Positions 25,500 through 37,585 of a stretch of 64,000 nt of DNA are shown here, in pieces. The notes beneath the pieces were generated by a model. The model was given only the letters and a program-made list of their open reading frames with translations, ran no database searches and was not told the origin of the DNA. The position numbers and the translations under genes are program-made. Source of the DNA: Squalus acanthias (lineage: Eukaryota); contig CM059429.1 of the NCBI GenBank assembly GCA_030390025.1, positions 40,300,001 to 40,364,000 on the forward strand, read 5' to 3'. Position 1 is the first letter of the stretch, and each line of letters begins with the position of its first letter.

Positions 25500-26956
25500 A
25501 CAAATAGGTGGAGTGATGACTAGTGAGCAAAAGATAAGGTTAGCGGTAAAAGGAAGTTTTTTGGATTGTAAAGATATGGTAATTAATGTTCCACAGGGGC
25601 CTGTGTTGAGGCTGCTGTTATTTACTCTATACGTATAAATGATCTTGACATAGAAATTAAGGAAACAATATCAACATTTGTTGATGGCATCAATTTGTGA
25701 TTATAAGAAACTATGACCAGGACTCTGAAAGACCACAGGGGACAGCGATAAGCTAGCAGGATGGGCAGGTAAGTGGCAGATGCAGTTTAATGTAGAGAAA
25801 TGCTTGGTAATACATTTTGAAAGTAAGAATAAGGGAATGAGGTGTCCCTTTAATTGTAAGATTTTAGATGGGGTAAAGAAGCCTTGGTGCACAGATACAT
25901 AGGTCATTATAGGTGGCAACACAAATAGATAAGGGCCTAAAAAGACATTTTAAATTATTGCTATTGTATCTACAGGCACATAATAAAAGGAAGTAATAAC
26001 AAGTGAAAGGGGATAATATTAAACTTGAGCAAAACCTTATTTACATTACAGTTGGACAGAAGGATATAAAAGCAATGGGAAAAGTAGAATGTACATCCAC
26101 TGAAATGTTACCAGGGATTAGAGGTTACAGTTATGAAGAAAAACTTGAGAAGTTAGAATATCTTTTAGTGGAACTGAAAAGGTTGGGGGTCTTCAAAATA
26201 TTGAAAAGTTAAGATAGAGTAAATAGTTTTTTTCTATTGATCAATGAGACAGTAACAAGAAAAGACAATTTTAAGACAAAAAGAAGTAAAGTTAGAAAAC
26301 ATTTCTTTACACAGATAGCGGTTAGAATATGGAATTATTTGGCATAAACTTTTGTTGAAACAGCGTTCATATATTTTTAAAAGGGGAATTAGTTTGTTGT
26401 TTGAACGAAGGAACTTGTGTTTACATAGCACCCTTTATATCCTCAGGAGACTGCAAAGTATTTCACAAACAATGGATTATTTTTGAAGGATGCGTGTGCT
26501 ATGTAGGCAAATGTGGCAGCCAATTTGCACACACGTCCCACAAACAAATGACCAGTTCCCATCTGTTTTTGATGGTGTTGGTTGAGGCAGGAATGTTGGC
26601 AGGACACCAGGACAATTCCCAGCTCTTCTTCAAATTGTGCCATCGGATATTTTGCATTGACCTAAACTGGTAGATGGGAGCTCGGTTTGACCTCTCATCC
26701 AAAAGACAGCCCCTCCAACAATGAAATGTTGGTCTAGGTTATGTGCTCAAGTCTGTAGTGGGACTTGAACCTATGACCTTCAGACTCAGAGGCAAGACTA
26801 CAACCAATTGAGCCAATGAAAGAGGAATAGTAAAGGCTATGGAGAGTGAGTATGAGACTGGATTAGACTAGGTGACTTATGGGGAAAAAACACCAGGGCA
26901 GACTTGATGGCTCAAATGGCCTATTTCTGTCCTGCACACTAATTGATTCTATGATT
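25500..26956 (+). mobile_element. Decayed CR1 LINE interrupted by a SINE at ~26403-26815
   Basis: gttccacaggggcctgtgttg (VPQG.VL), tggcagatgcagtttaatgtagagaaatgc (WQMQFNVEKC), MLPGIRGYSYEEKL; the 3' UTR resumes at ~26820 and ends gattctatgatt. Confidence 0.85.
26403..26815 (-). mobile_element. DeuSINE copy nested in CR1
   Basis: Colinear with the 55.5 kb copy, including the tRNA-like head gggacttgaacctatgaccttcagactcagaggc. Confidence 0.85.
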
Positions 26957-29900
26957 ATATAATGCCCTACATTTTTACCGCATTGATTTCAAAGCACAAT
27001 TTACAAATCTCCTCAGTATTTATCAATTGCAAATTGTGGTAAAATACACAATTAAAGTAAAATAATTAAGCATATTTTGCCATTTGATTTTTCTCAATGT
27101 GTGTATTTGCTTGTGTATGTATATGTGTGTCCATATGCCTTTATACCTCAATGAAGAAATGGAGTTATTCAAAATTTTTGCAGAAAAATAGTTGATGTAT
27201 TGAAACAATATCAGAAACAAATCACTGTAAGACATTATTTACACCAATGTAAACTGAGGTAAGAATCCATATCACACTCAAGTTGCAGGTAAAAGTGAAT
27301 CATTTGCTGACTCACAGAAGAGACACACCTTAGTTCATTCTAGAATTAAACAGTTTTCCAATGTTATTTTGCCCTAAAGCAAAAAGCACACCAGTACTGG
27401 TCAGCTCCTGGGTTTGAGATTACAGGTAATTAATTGTGCCAATACTCCATTGAGCAATATCTGAAAACTAAGGAACAAGGATGACAAAAGTTCAAATATT
27501 AACAAACGCACTGTCTAATTAAATTTGGATGGTAACTCAGAAAAAGCTCTTGCCAAATTTGTTTGTTGCCTAAACAAATCAATTAGTGCCATAATGAGAT
27601 GTAAATCAACAGGAGCTCTCGGTCAGTGGGATCAAGTGACATGCTAGTGTAAGCAAATTTGAGTCGATCAGGCTGCTGCTGCCTGTTTGCTCAGCATTTG
27701 CTCAAACAATACAGATAATACAAAGCATGGATGACAGAAAATAAATGTTTCTGGATTGTTCTAGTGAATTTAAAGTAGGAACGGAATTTTCAAGAAAAAT
27801 AATATTGTCATTAAAGTCAGCTTTAACATGTACAGCATCTGCATTTTTCAAAGTCATAAACATTAGGCTGCCTTTGTGGGTGTGCATAATATGTTGTTTA
27901 GTATAAGGCATAATGGTGCTAATTAAGGAATTCCCTGCAGACATTTTTGATGTCCTGAAATTTGCTCTTAATTTCAGTCCCTTTTAGCTTAAATCTTGGC
28001 GAAAGTGAAGAATGAATCAAGCCAATTAGCACCAGTGCTCTTAAAATATGTAACTATTAACTGTGTGAGATTGAAAGGTCATCTGTTTATACCATTTTCT
28101 TTCAAATAATTTCAACAAAAAATAAATTTCTTTCAAATTCCTGATGATGAATACTAGAAACCAGAATTGGAGAAATAAGCTACACTACAAAATATGCTTT
28201 AATTCACAGTATTATTGAAATAAAATGGAAACATGAATCGTGTTTAGACATTCAAGCATAGAAATGTCATAAAATGTACGACCAATACCTTTGCCTCTGT
28301 TGGTTTTCACATGACAGTGACCTATGATATTGCTACAGTATGATCCCTGATTTAAAATGCATTACAAAGCAGATCCATTCCATAGTCTCTTTTAGAAATC
28401 ACAAGTTCTAGGTATTAATACAAATAATCAAAGTTGCCGAATCATTTGGCCACCATCTTCTTTTAGTTACTTATATCAAATTGATCTATAGAATTTAAAG
28501 CTGCATGCCTGACAATTTGTTTAGTTTGAATCAATAACCTTCACCCTCAAGAGAAGTAGCTGCTGCACAAATCACAATTCAAAAACCATTTACTTCTTGA
28601 AATATTGAACTGGAAAGTTGACTAAATTGAATTTAAAGTGATCATTTTTTATTTCTATGCTGCTATAGGCCAGCCTGTCAATCACAAAGTCATTTCACTG
28701 CATATCGGGGGATTAGAACAAATATCAATTATTTTAAAAACTGGATGCAGGTTGCAGGTGCTAGGATTTTCTTAGGCTCCCTTTGTCTGTGTGGGAAGGA
28801 GACTTAAGTGACCAATGGGGATCATGATTTCTGGCAAAAATAATACGCTAGATCAAATTATCTTAAATATTTCCCATACCGACCAAAAATATTGAAGCAT
28901 TGATTTCAGCTAATAACATCTTTGGTTAATCTTTAGTAATCAGTTTAGTCACAACTAGAAACTGTGTAGCTTTGGAATGAATTTTCAAATTTAACAAAAG
29001 CCAGAACTAACTAAAAACATCTACATATCCGAATTTTAGTGTCTCGCATGCAAAAAGAAACCAGAGTGGTGGTCTTGCAGACTGTGCCCTTTGCTGAAGA
29101 GGATGGATATTGTGGGCAGTAGTTAAGAGGGGGAGAAAACAGAATTGGAGAGGTGGATGTAATTTCTCATCGTGATAATAGAAAGCTGAAAATGTACTCC
29201 ACAAAGTTACATTCACCTTTTGATTGCTGCGTTACAGTGCAACTCATCAGGTCTATACAATGCTTTTGTGAAGTGTTATGGCTAGGCCTCTGTCTCTCCT
29301 CTCCTCACTTGTTACTCTCTCTCTTCCTCGTGAGATCTAGATTACATTTTTTCATTGCCTTTTTTGCCTTTACCTTCTTCTTCGGTAATCTCTCAATTTA
29401 CTTCAATTCAGGAATGTATAAACAGATTGCTTGTGTTCTCCAAAGCCTCTCTGCAATATCTTTTCTCTGAATCTGCCCTGCATAATTTTCAAATTTATCT
29501 TTGACTTTATCTTGCTACTCTGCATACCTAGCACAACACACCAAGGCATGTGCAGAGCATATTTTGTTATAAAGTGCACAGTAGCCCATTCAATAGGTAG
29601 ACCGGGGAGTATTTCTTTTAAAATGGTAAGACTATAGTCATAACCACTTTAGTGGCTGCTATAGGTCAAACTTGATGCGGACATTCCAACGTTGCTGCAG
29701 TGGCAAAACTGGGCTTTTGCCAATGTACCAAAATATGTGAAAGAGTTAAAATAAAAACAAGCTACGCACGTCCTGCAAGGAGCTGTCCTGTGGTTTTCAT
29801 CTTATTCCCCAAAGATTTATGTAAAACCCAAGTGTGCCATTTTGTGCAAATGGTTTGTGACAAGGTTCAGTTCCTGTACTGGAAGTCATTTATCTTCATC

Positions 29901-30709
29901 AGAGGTGATGAAATGATCCCTGACTCTTGATTATACTTACCATGTGTCTCCAAAGGCGTCAGAAGGTTGAAAATGCGAGGAAAAATATAATGAGACTTGT
30001 GTAAAAGATATCTAACAACTATGCACTCTAATTTAAGAAGGACTTGACAAATATTCTCTGCAGAATAGTTGCTAATAGAATTAAAGCAGATGCCATGGAT
30101 AGATTTGGGTGAAACTTTACACCTCGTACCTAATGGGGTTATATTTTGAAGGCCCTTAAGCCATGCTCAGCTGTTTATGATGTAGATAAATTTTATTAAT
30201 CGTATTGTTCAGTGTCACTTTATAAGGACAGCAGAATTAGATTGAAGACATAGTCCGGACCTTTTGTCAGCCCCAGCAACATCGTTCATATGTTAATAGA
30301 CTGAATTAGCATGATCACTTTAAAAGTGTACCAAATCTAAATGGATTTACTTTGTAACTAAAGTTGTGTAAATTCTTATATCATATGGTAGTTGAGTAGC
30401 CTTTGCTAATTAATTCTTACAACGCAAGTAATAACAGTATTATCCCCGATACTGTTTAGCAAGTAACGGTCTAAGGATCCTAATGAAATAACTGGGCTGT
30501 CCAATCAGACTGTAATGACTATGACATTGTACAAACTTGAAGCTGGGGTTATATCACTAAAGTTAAGTACAAAATATACAGAAATTGAATGGACAAAACT
30601 GAATAATATATTTACCAGGCATAATGAATAAAAACAAACTGTGCTTCTCTATCTGAACACCATACATAACGAGGCAAAGGTATCAATTTCCATCTGGCAG
30701 AGGGATAGA

Positions 30710-30895
30710 TGGAAACTCACAGCAAGGTCAATCAGCATCTGTGGAAAGAACAGTTGACATTTCGGTCTTACCCTTCATCAAAACTCTGATGGGTATGAAC
30801 CAGAAGCATCAATTTTGTGTTTTCTTTGCAGATACTGACTATCCTATTGTGTGTTACCAGTTTTTTTTTAGTTTCAGATTTCCAGTATTTGCTTT
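30710..30895. mobile_element. Inverted pair of a shark short repeat (probable Penelope-like terminal repeat) with a hammerhead-like core
   Basis: The first half matches the 53.55 and 54.2 kb repeat (ctcacagcaaggtcaatcagcatctgtgga). The second half is its reverse complement (tttcagatttccagtatttgc). Confidence 0.6.
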
Positions 30896-32536
30896 TTACT
30901 GATAGTGTCTCACTTTCAATTTTCTGTCTCTTTCTTTGCGGGGTTGGGGGGGGGGGGGAGGAGGTGTTGTGGTGGTGGTGGATTAGGCCTCATCTTATCC
31001 AGATGGTCCAGGGAGACTGGAAATTCACCATGTTGGAAATTGAACTTGTATCCAACCTCTCCGTCTATCTGTATCCAACCAGCTGTGGCAACAAGCTGAT
31101 CCGAATACACAGGGGTAAATTTTCAACTGCAGTATGCCTGGCAGACTGTCACCTGCTGAGGGTATATTTTGAGAATTGGCGCACATATTTATCCCATCAT
31201 GTTTTAAACTCTTTAGTCCTGGAAATGACAGTTGCCAATATTAATGGGCCACACTTCACACACCCATAAGACATTCCTCAATCTGTGATTTTAACAGAGG
31301 CATTGACTCATTTAAAATTTAGTAGATTAATGCCTGCAGGTGAACGCCTACATTAAAGTAACACACAGAGGCATGTCATGCACTTGTCTGCTAATAATGC
31401 CAATTATTAATTTCAGGCTTATTGCTCTTGTTGTCATAATAACAGTCTTAAAACTAGTCTTTGTAATGCATGGAGATAGAAAGAACCTTTTTGACAGAAG
31501 AGGGATAGGATGGAGTTTGCTTCTGTAGCTCCTACTTCTATCCAGATAAAAATATTGGGCCCAAACATTCATGGGTCGAGGGCGTGCATCCTGGTGAAAG
31601 TGCTAGGATGTGCCCTTCTGAACCTCCGCCACTGACCCTACCAAATTTAGCATAATCAGGAGGTGATCCCTTGATTTGCATGTGAATGGCAAGTTCCCAA
31701 GTCACCAAGGGCACATCTAGGGTGTCTACCTGGACCAGAGGCCACAATTTTCAGTATAACTTGCTGATTCTTGGGAGTGCTGGGTTCTCCCCAGAAAGAA
31801 TTTTGAGGTGCCCACAGTGTAAGAGGGCGCATTTATATAATTAAGAATTGCCCTTTTTCTTTGTGCGGGAAGTGAGGTCCAGGCCATCATCTGGCCTGAA
31901 TCCCAAGGTGGAGCTCACTACTGCCATCTGATGGGCTGATATGCCATACTGCCACTGGTCATACTTACCCTCTCATGTATCAACTGCCTCATTTAGGCCA
32001 GGAAGAGACTCTTTCCCCATGAGGCCAGATAGAAATTCCAGAGCATACGTCTGATTTCAATCTAATTTGCAGCCATCCTGCCGCATTCTAGCTAGAGTTA
32101 TGCAGCAGCGCATGAGAAGTGCCGCGAATGTTCAGCCCCATATTGTGTAACGTCTTTATTGTTGCTTTCAGCCCCAATGTGCCAGAGCTGGCCCATTTTG
32201 AGCCTTTCTCTACATAGAGACACCTTGAAGGAGTGATGTGATTTAATTTTGGTCTTATTATTTTGAAACTAAAGGTTTCAATGAGATGCTTCCTATTTGC
32301 ATTTTCCATAATCAGGATCCTTTTTCAACAATTCTATAAATATGGTTTTTAATTTAAAAAATAGGTTACTGTAACACTACACTAAACGCATGTTGAGTTA
32401 GTTGGCTGTTTGGAAAATTGTTTACAAAATAGTGGTTTTGGCAATGTTCTTTTCTATTTATAATATGTCAAAATGTCTTGCAGGGCACTTTTAACTTGAG
32501 TGTATTACATGTTTAAAGTATTATTGTGTGTATGTT

Positions 32537-32571
<35 letters not shown>

Positions 32572-32739
32572 GTATATATACTAGATGTATTATTAATTAC
32601 TGGAAGTAAAGCAATATTCTGATACAAGATACTTCAGGCAGAATCTGGACAACAAATAACTACAGTTTAGCGATTTTAATCATTATGTGTAGGCTCTTTA
32701 AGCCAAAAAAGTCAAAACCATTTGCTTTCAACTCCCCTA

Positions 32740-33180
32740 ATGTCTCAATGGTTCACTGCACTGCTTGATGTGGTATTGAGTCAAACAGACCAGGAAGGTA
32801 CCAAGTTTGATCTCCAGTCTGTGCCAAGTTAGCTGAACTCAATTGGAAAGACAGTTAAGATACTCCAAATGCTCTCAGCATCTCTGGAATAAGGAGGAGA
32901 AACATAGAAGATAGGAGCAGGAGTAGGCCATTTGGCCCCTCGAGCCTGCTCTGCCATTCAATGCGATCATGGCTGATCATCCAAATTCAGTACCCTGTCC
33001 CTGCTTTCTCCCCATATCCCTTGATCCCCATAGACAAGTTTTCTGCCCATTGATTACTATCCATGTACTGCTGCTAGCAAATGTGAATGTTAATAGTATT
33101 TGAGGGAAGGGTCATGTTCAACTGAGATCCTACCCATAGTGGATTAGCATGCTGATATTCACTATCTAGGCTCTTGTACC
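32740..33180 (+). mobile_element. Old tRNA-derived SINE remnant with a nested CR1/HE1 tail (~32900-33035, minus strand)
   Basis: Head-like cagaccaggaaggtaccaagtttgatctccagtctgtgcc; the insert aaacatagaagataggagcaggagtaggccattt...atcatggctgatc matches the 3.1 kb copy. Confidence 0.55.
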
Positions 33181-34928
33181 ATGTGGAGAAAATTGGCAAA
33201 AAAATTGAAAAGAAAAAAAAATTGCTTTCAAATCATTTAAATGTGTTCAGTGGAGATCAATTTTAGTTACTCCTGGTTCATATACTTTTGTCATTATCTC
33301 CACCCTTCAATCCTCAATCCCTGACAATCAACAGATATGGCAGCACAGTGGCATAATGCACACTTACTGAACGGAATCTCTGCTCCTAAAACTTTAAACC
33401 AGATGAGTGAGTGGCCATGAGCTGTTTGCAAGGTAGTCATCTTTGCCTCCCACATTCATTGTGGGTCAGCCGTGCAGCACTGCCACTTGAGTACCAGTAA
33501 AGGAAGACTCTATAGCTACACTTTTCCCCACTAGTTTGGAACAAACCACACTTTGTAAATTATCTTGAAAAAAGCTGAGCATGGGCCAGGCCAATCCATA
33601 TATCAAACAGCAGGTTTCAGATCAGATGTACAGTTAACTAGCATATTTAGAAAACCTCATATTATGTAGTATCCATAGTATTACAAATTTACTGATTTGC
33701 TTACTTTTATCCATGATTACAAGTTCTGCAAATACATTGTGGTCTTTATTTCCCAAAGACTGCGCAGTCAGTACTTTAGAATGTTGATTTTCTTTTATTT
33801 GAAACCATTAAGTCGGTTAGTTTAATCACTTTAAGTGTTCTCCATAACTATAGGTTTGTTAAAATAATTGAAACCAGCAGCAAATTCAGTTGAACTGATG
33901 ACCGGGCCCCCAGATTCACACTTCAGCATTGTATTTTAAAGTATTCCAAAAGCAACATAAAACTGTTCAGTTTAAAAGTATCGAGGGTGGGCATGGATAG
34001 AATGTAGGCAACGATTCTGTGTGTGGCCTCTGCTACTCTAACGTTTTGCTTGTATCGTAACAGAATACAATAAGGCATGAACTTCTATGAAGGCAAAAGA
34101 GAACTATGGGCCAGGGAAAAAAATTGCGCATTGACTTCTGAGAATGGACTCAGGCATCCACTGGCCTGGAACAAAAGCATCTGACAGGGGTTAACAATGA
34201 TGGCATCATCCACCTCCTAAAGAAAGTTGATAGTTAATTGCACAAGACAGATTTTTTTTTTTTTACAACACAGCAGCCCCTTGCTTCAGTTGCTGCATGC
34301 AGAGTGCAGTCAGTTATACAAAACTATTCTGAAGGAACAATTATGCCAAGGGGAAAAAAAACTGTGAAAATGGTAATTTCACCAGCTAATGAGCTACAGG
34401 CTGCCCTGCTTGTCTCTCGCCTACCAATCTGCAGTGAGCCTTGACTCAAATGAAAGAAAATGCCGCAGAGTTCAGGAGAACTTGAGCAACATCTCAGCAG
34501 GCAGTAATTCATCTGAGAAGAATGAAAATCACAGTATAGTCAAGCCATGCAGTAGGTCTTAGCATGCTAAAAGTAGCAATAGACTTCTAGATCCCTGTTG
34601 GGTATTTCTATGAGATTGAATAAAAACTGAATATTTGATAAAATGTATTAAAAAATTTCCTTCACTAAGATATGCTTTTCATTAATGTAAACAGTTATTT
34701 ACCATAGCCCGTACCATAACAATAATGCATATATGAAACCATCATGTTGGAACATGGCTTTGTTAAGCTGCAGCATATGCAGGAGCATATCTGAATTCAA
34801 AACAAATTGGCTCTGTTTGCGCACACAAGAAGTTTAATTATCTGGCACTAATTTATTCAAACTAGTTTCACTTGGTTTAAAATATTAATGTCTTCAGTAC
34901 AATAAATTTTAAATACTACAGTATATTT

Positions 34929-35275
34929 AGGGACTGGGTGGTCCAATACCTTAGAACACTGGACTTATCCCTGGGACCCAGATCTGAATCCAGCTCTAAT
35001 CGATGATATAAGTCTCTGTCTGATGGCAATTAAGGTCTAAAATGAAAGAAATCTGGACAATCTTAACCAAGTTCACAATTCATTCACTGTCTCACTCAGA
35101 AAGGCCCAAGGGGTGGCTGGCGTTGAAAATAAAAAATTCACACTGGTGCAAAAGGAAGTGCGCGTTTGAGATTGGTGTTAACATACATTCTTGCAACAAG
35201 CACTCAGGAAACTTTGCTATACATCTATTCTATGCTATACCTGATCTAGCAGTGCTTGATGCTGACATCAGATGC
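34929..35275 (+). mobile_element. LF-SINE-like element
   Basis: Colinear blocks resemble the LF-SINE consensus as recalled: gggactgggtgg; tgaatccagc; tctgatggc...tgaaa; gtctcactcagaaaggcccaagg; tgctatacctgatct. Confidence 0.55.
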
Positions 35276-37180
35276 TAAAAATGGAAAAAGTATTCCAGTC
35301 ACCTTGCTTGCCTTGATAGGTTTCTTTATCAATAGAAGACTGTTGAATTCAAAGGGATGAGCAAACTTTGGGTAATGTCTTAACTTCCAGTAACTTTAAA
35401 ATATAACAAAATTATATATATATATATATATATAATCTTCAGTTGGTTGAGCAGTAGCCAGTTATTTCTCCCATAAAATGCACAAATAGATATCTCTTCT
35501 ATCCATGATTGACCAATAACCTGAATAACAACTTAGCATTTTCCTAATGAGGTCCTATTTCCTAGGCTACATCCTGTCACAGTCACACACCCTATAAGTC
35601 AGTCATTCATAAATCTTAAGCACTGCAGTCAGTGCACATAGGGCCAAACTGTTCTCCTATCGTCATTGCATAAGTGTGAATAATTAAACAGACAATGGGC
35701 AACTTACAAACCAACGCTTTTTTCCTCCCCAATTTATTCATATCGCAGTGAAGTAAATCTACTGTAGATTTATTACAATGGTGAGGTCTGTCTGGATTTT
35801 TTTCACATAGACATTACAATACGATTGCCAATGGTACAATGGGAATTCTTGCTAAATGACACAACTGTGATTTAACCATGGACTAATTAATATCTAAAGT
35901 CGAACGTAAGTCCAAAGTCTGAAACTGTTTACCCAGCTGTACTGTAATATCAATTAAGTTGGGATATAGTTAAAAACCTAAGTATCAGGAGCCTCTTTCT
36001 GGCTCCTGCTGACACAAAATTATTACAATACAACATTCAATTAAGTGCTTCTTATTCTTGTCAACAAGTCAAAATGTTTGCATTTAAAATAAACAGGTTG
36101 AAGTGGATTTACAGTAAACCAGTGAAACTGACATATACATATTCTGCAAGATCGTAAAAATGACTGCAGTGTTTGAATATACACCCTAGAACTTAGTCAG
36201 AAAGTTAAAGAATGTTATAAAGGGATGAATCGACTTAATTTGGTTAGGTATGGGTGATGGTGTGGGTGGAGTAACAAAGAAACTACTGTCTAAGTTTGGC
36301 ATTGGCTTTCTGAAATGCACAATCACTAACCAGTTCCTGATCACAGAGGCAGCCCCAGGCAAAAAAATCACACTCTGTGAAACCTTTTCTCACGCTTTGT
36401 ACTGTTTTATTAATGCACACATCTTACCTTCCACTTTGCATGGCTTACTTTTATGTACCCAGGTTATGCAGCAACTATTAAATCTTCACTATGGTATGTA
36501 AAAACAATAGCTGAATCTTTTACTAAAAGTAATAAGAATTACATTTGCAATGAGTGCTGAATGTATTTTTGTTTTATCTATGTAACAGTTGCTTAGACTA
36601 TTTTACATTTTTTTAGCCCAGGGGCCAGAGGCCAGCTGTGTTTGCTGTTACCTAGACATTTTACAAGAGTTTTGTAATTTTCTTCTATTATCTTTATTGA
36701 CTGTTCTTATCTTCTGTCTCATCCATAAAAAAATTATAGTCCTGTGGTTTAACAGGCGTCTACTACAACTGTTACAATTGGTTTTACCTCATGGGTTGTT
36801 TCATGGTCTCAGCAAAGTACAAAACCTCTCAACACATTGATGTTTAACTTCTCAGTAAAGCCCAGATGGTATCTGTTCCTTAAAGGGGGTTTGCTATTTA
36901 GTAAACTGTCTTGCAAGGCAATTTAGCCAGCATACTATCATCAGTGTTGGTGAAATTCTATCACTGAATGCACAAACTGCACAAAAAAATGTAAAGCATA
37001 GGTAGTAATGTGAAAATGGCATTGCAAAATTCCTGCGTTGAAGAAAATATAGCATCTGTTGCGATAGTGTTCCAATGGGCAACATGATGATATTGCAGCA
37101 GATTTTTCACAGCGCAGTATTCCTGAACTTGCCCAAATTCGTTCCAATGAACTGAAAATACTAGATTCCTCAGCACAACT

Positions 37181-37585
37181 CCACAATAAATGAACCATAC
37201 ATAACACACAATAAATGTACCATGCATAACCCACCACAATAAATGTACCATACATAACACACCACAATAAATGTACCATACATAACGCACTACAATAAAT
37301 AAACCATGCATAACCCACTACAATAAATATACCATACATAACCCACCACAATAAATGTACCATACATAACGCACCACAATAAATAAACCATGCATAACCT
37401 ACCACAATAAATATACCATACATAACCCACCACAATAAATGAACCATACATAACACACAATAAATGAACCATACATAACCCACCACAATAAATGTACCAT
37501 ACATAACGCACCACAATAAACGTACCATACATAATGCACCACAATAAAGGTATCATATACAATGCACTACAATAAATGTATCATA
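37181..37585. repeat. 28-bp (some 25-bp) minisatellite, about 14 copies, consensus caataaatgtaccatacataacccacca
   Basis: Directly visible; it accounts for the ORFs at 36941-37562. Confidence 0.95.

Noticed and set aside
28141-28170. CTGATGA...GAAA hammerhead-like spacing
   Set aside because: No stem II pairing and no correctly placed stem III or cleavage triplet; chance match.
29936-29990. Strong minus-strand donor ATG|GTAAGT in intron 1
   Set aside because: No convincing nearby acceptor or Eph-like coding sequence; exons 1 and 2 already join in frame.
37181-37585. 28-bp direct repeats suggesting a CRISPR array, and hydrophobic ORFs at 36941-37562
   Set aside because: The units are head-to-tail without unique spacers, the context is a vertebrate intron, and there are no cas genes.
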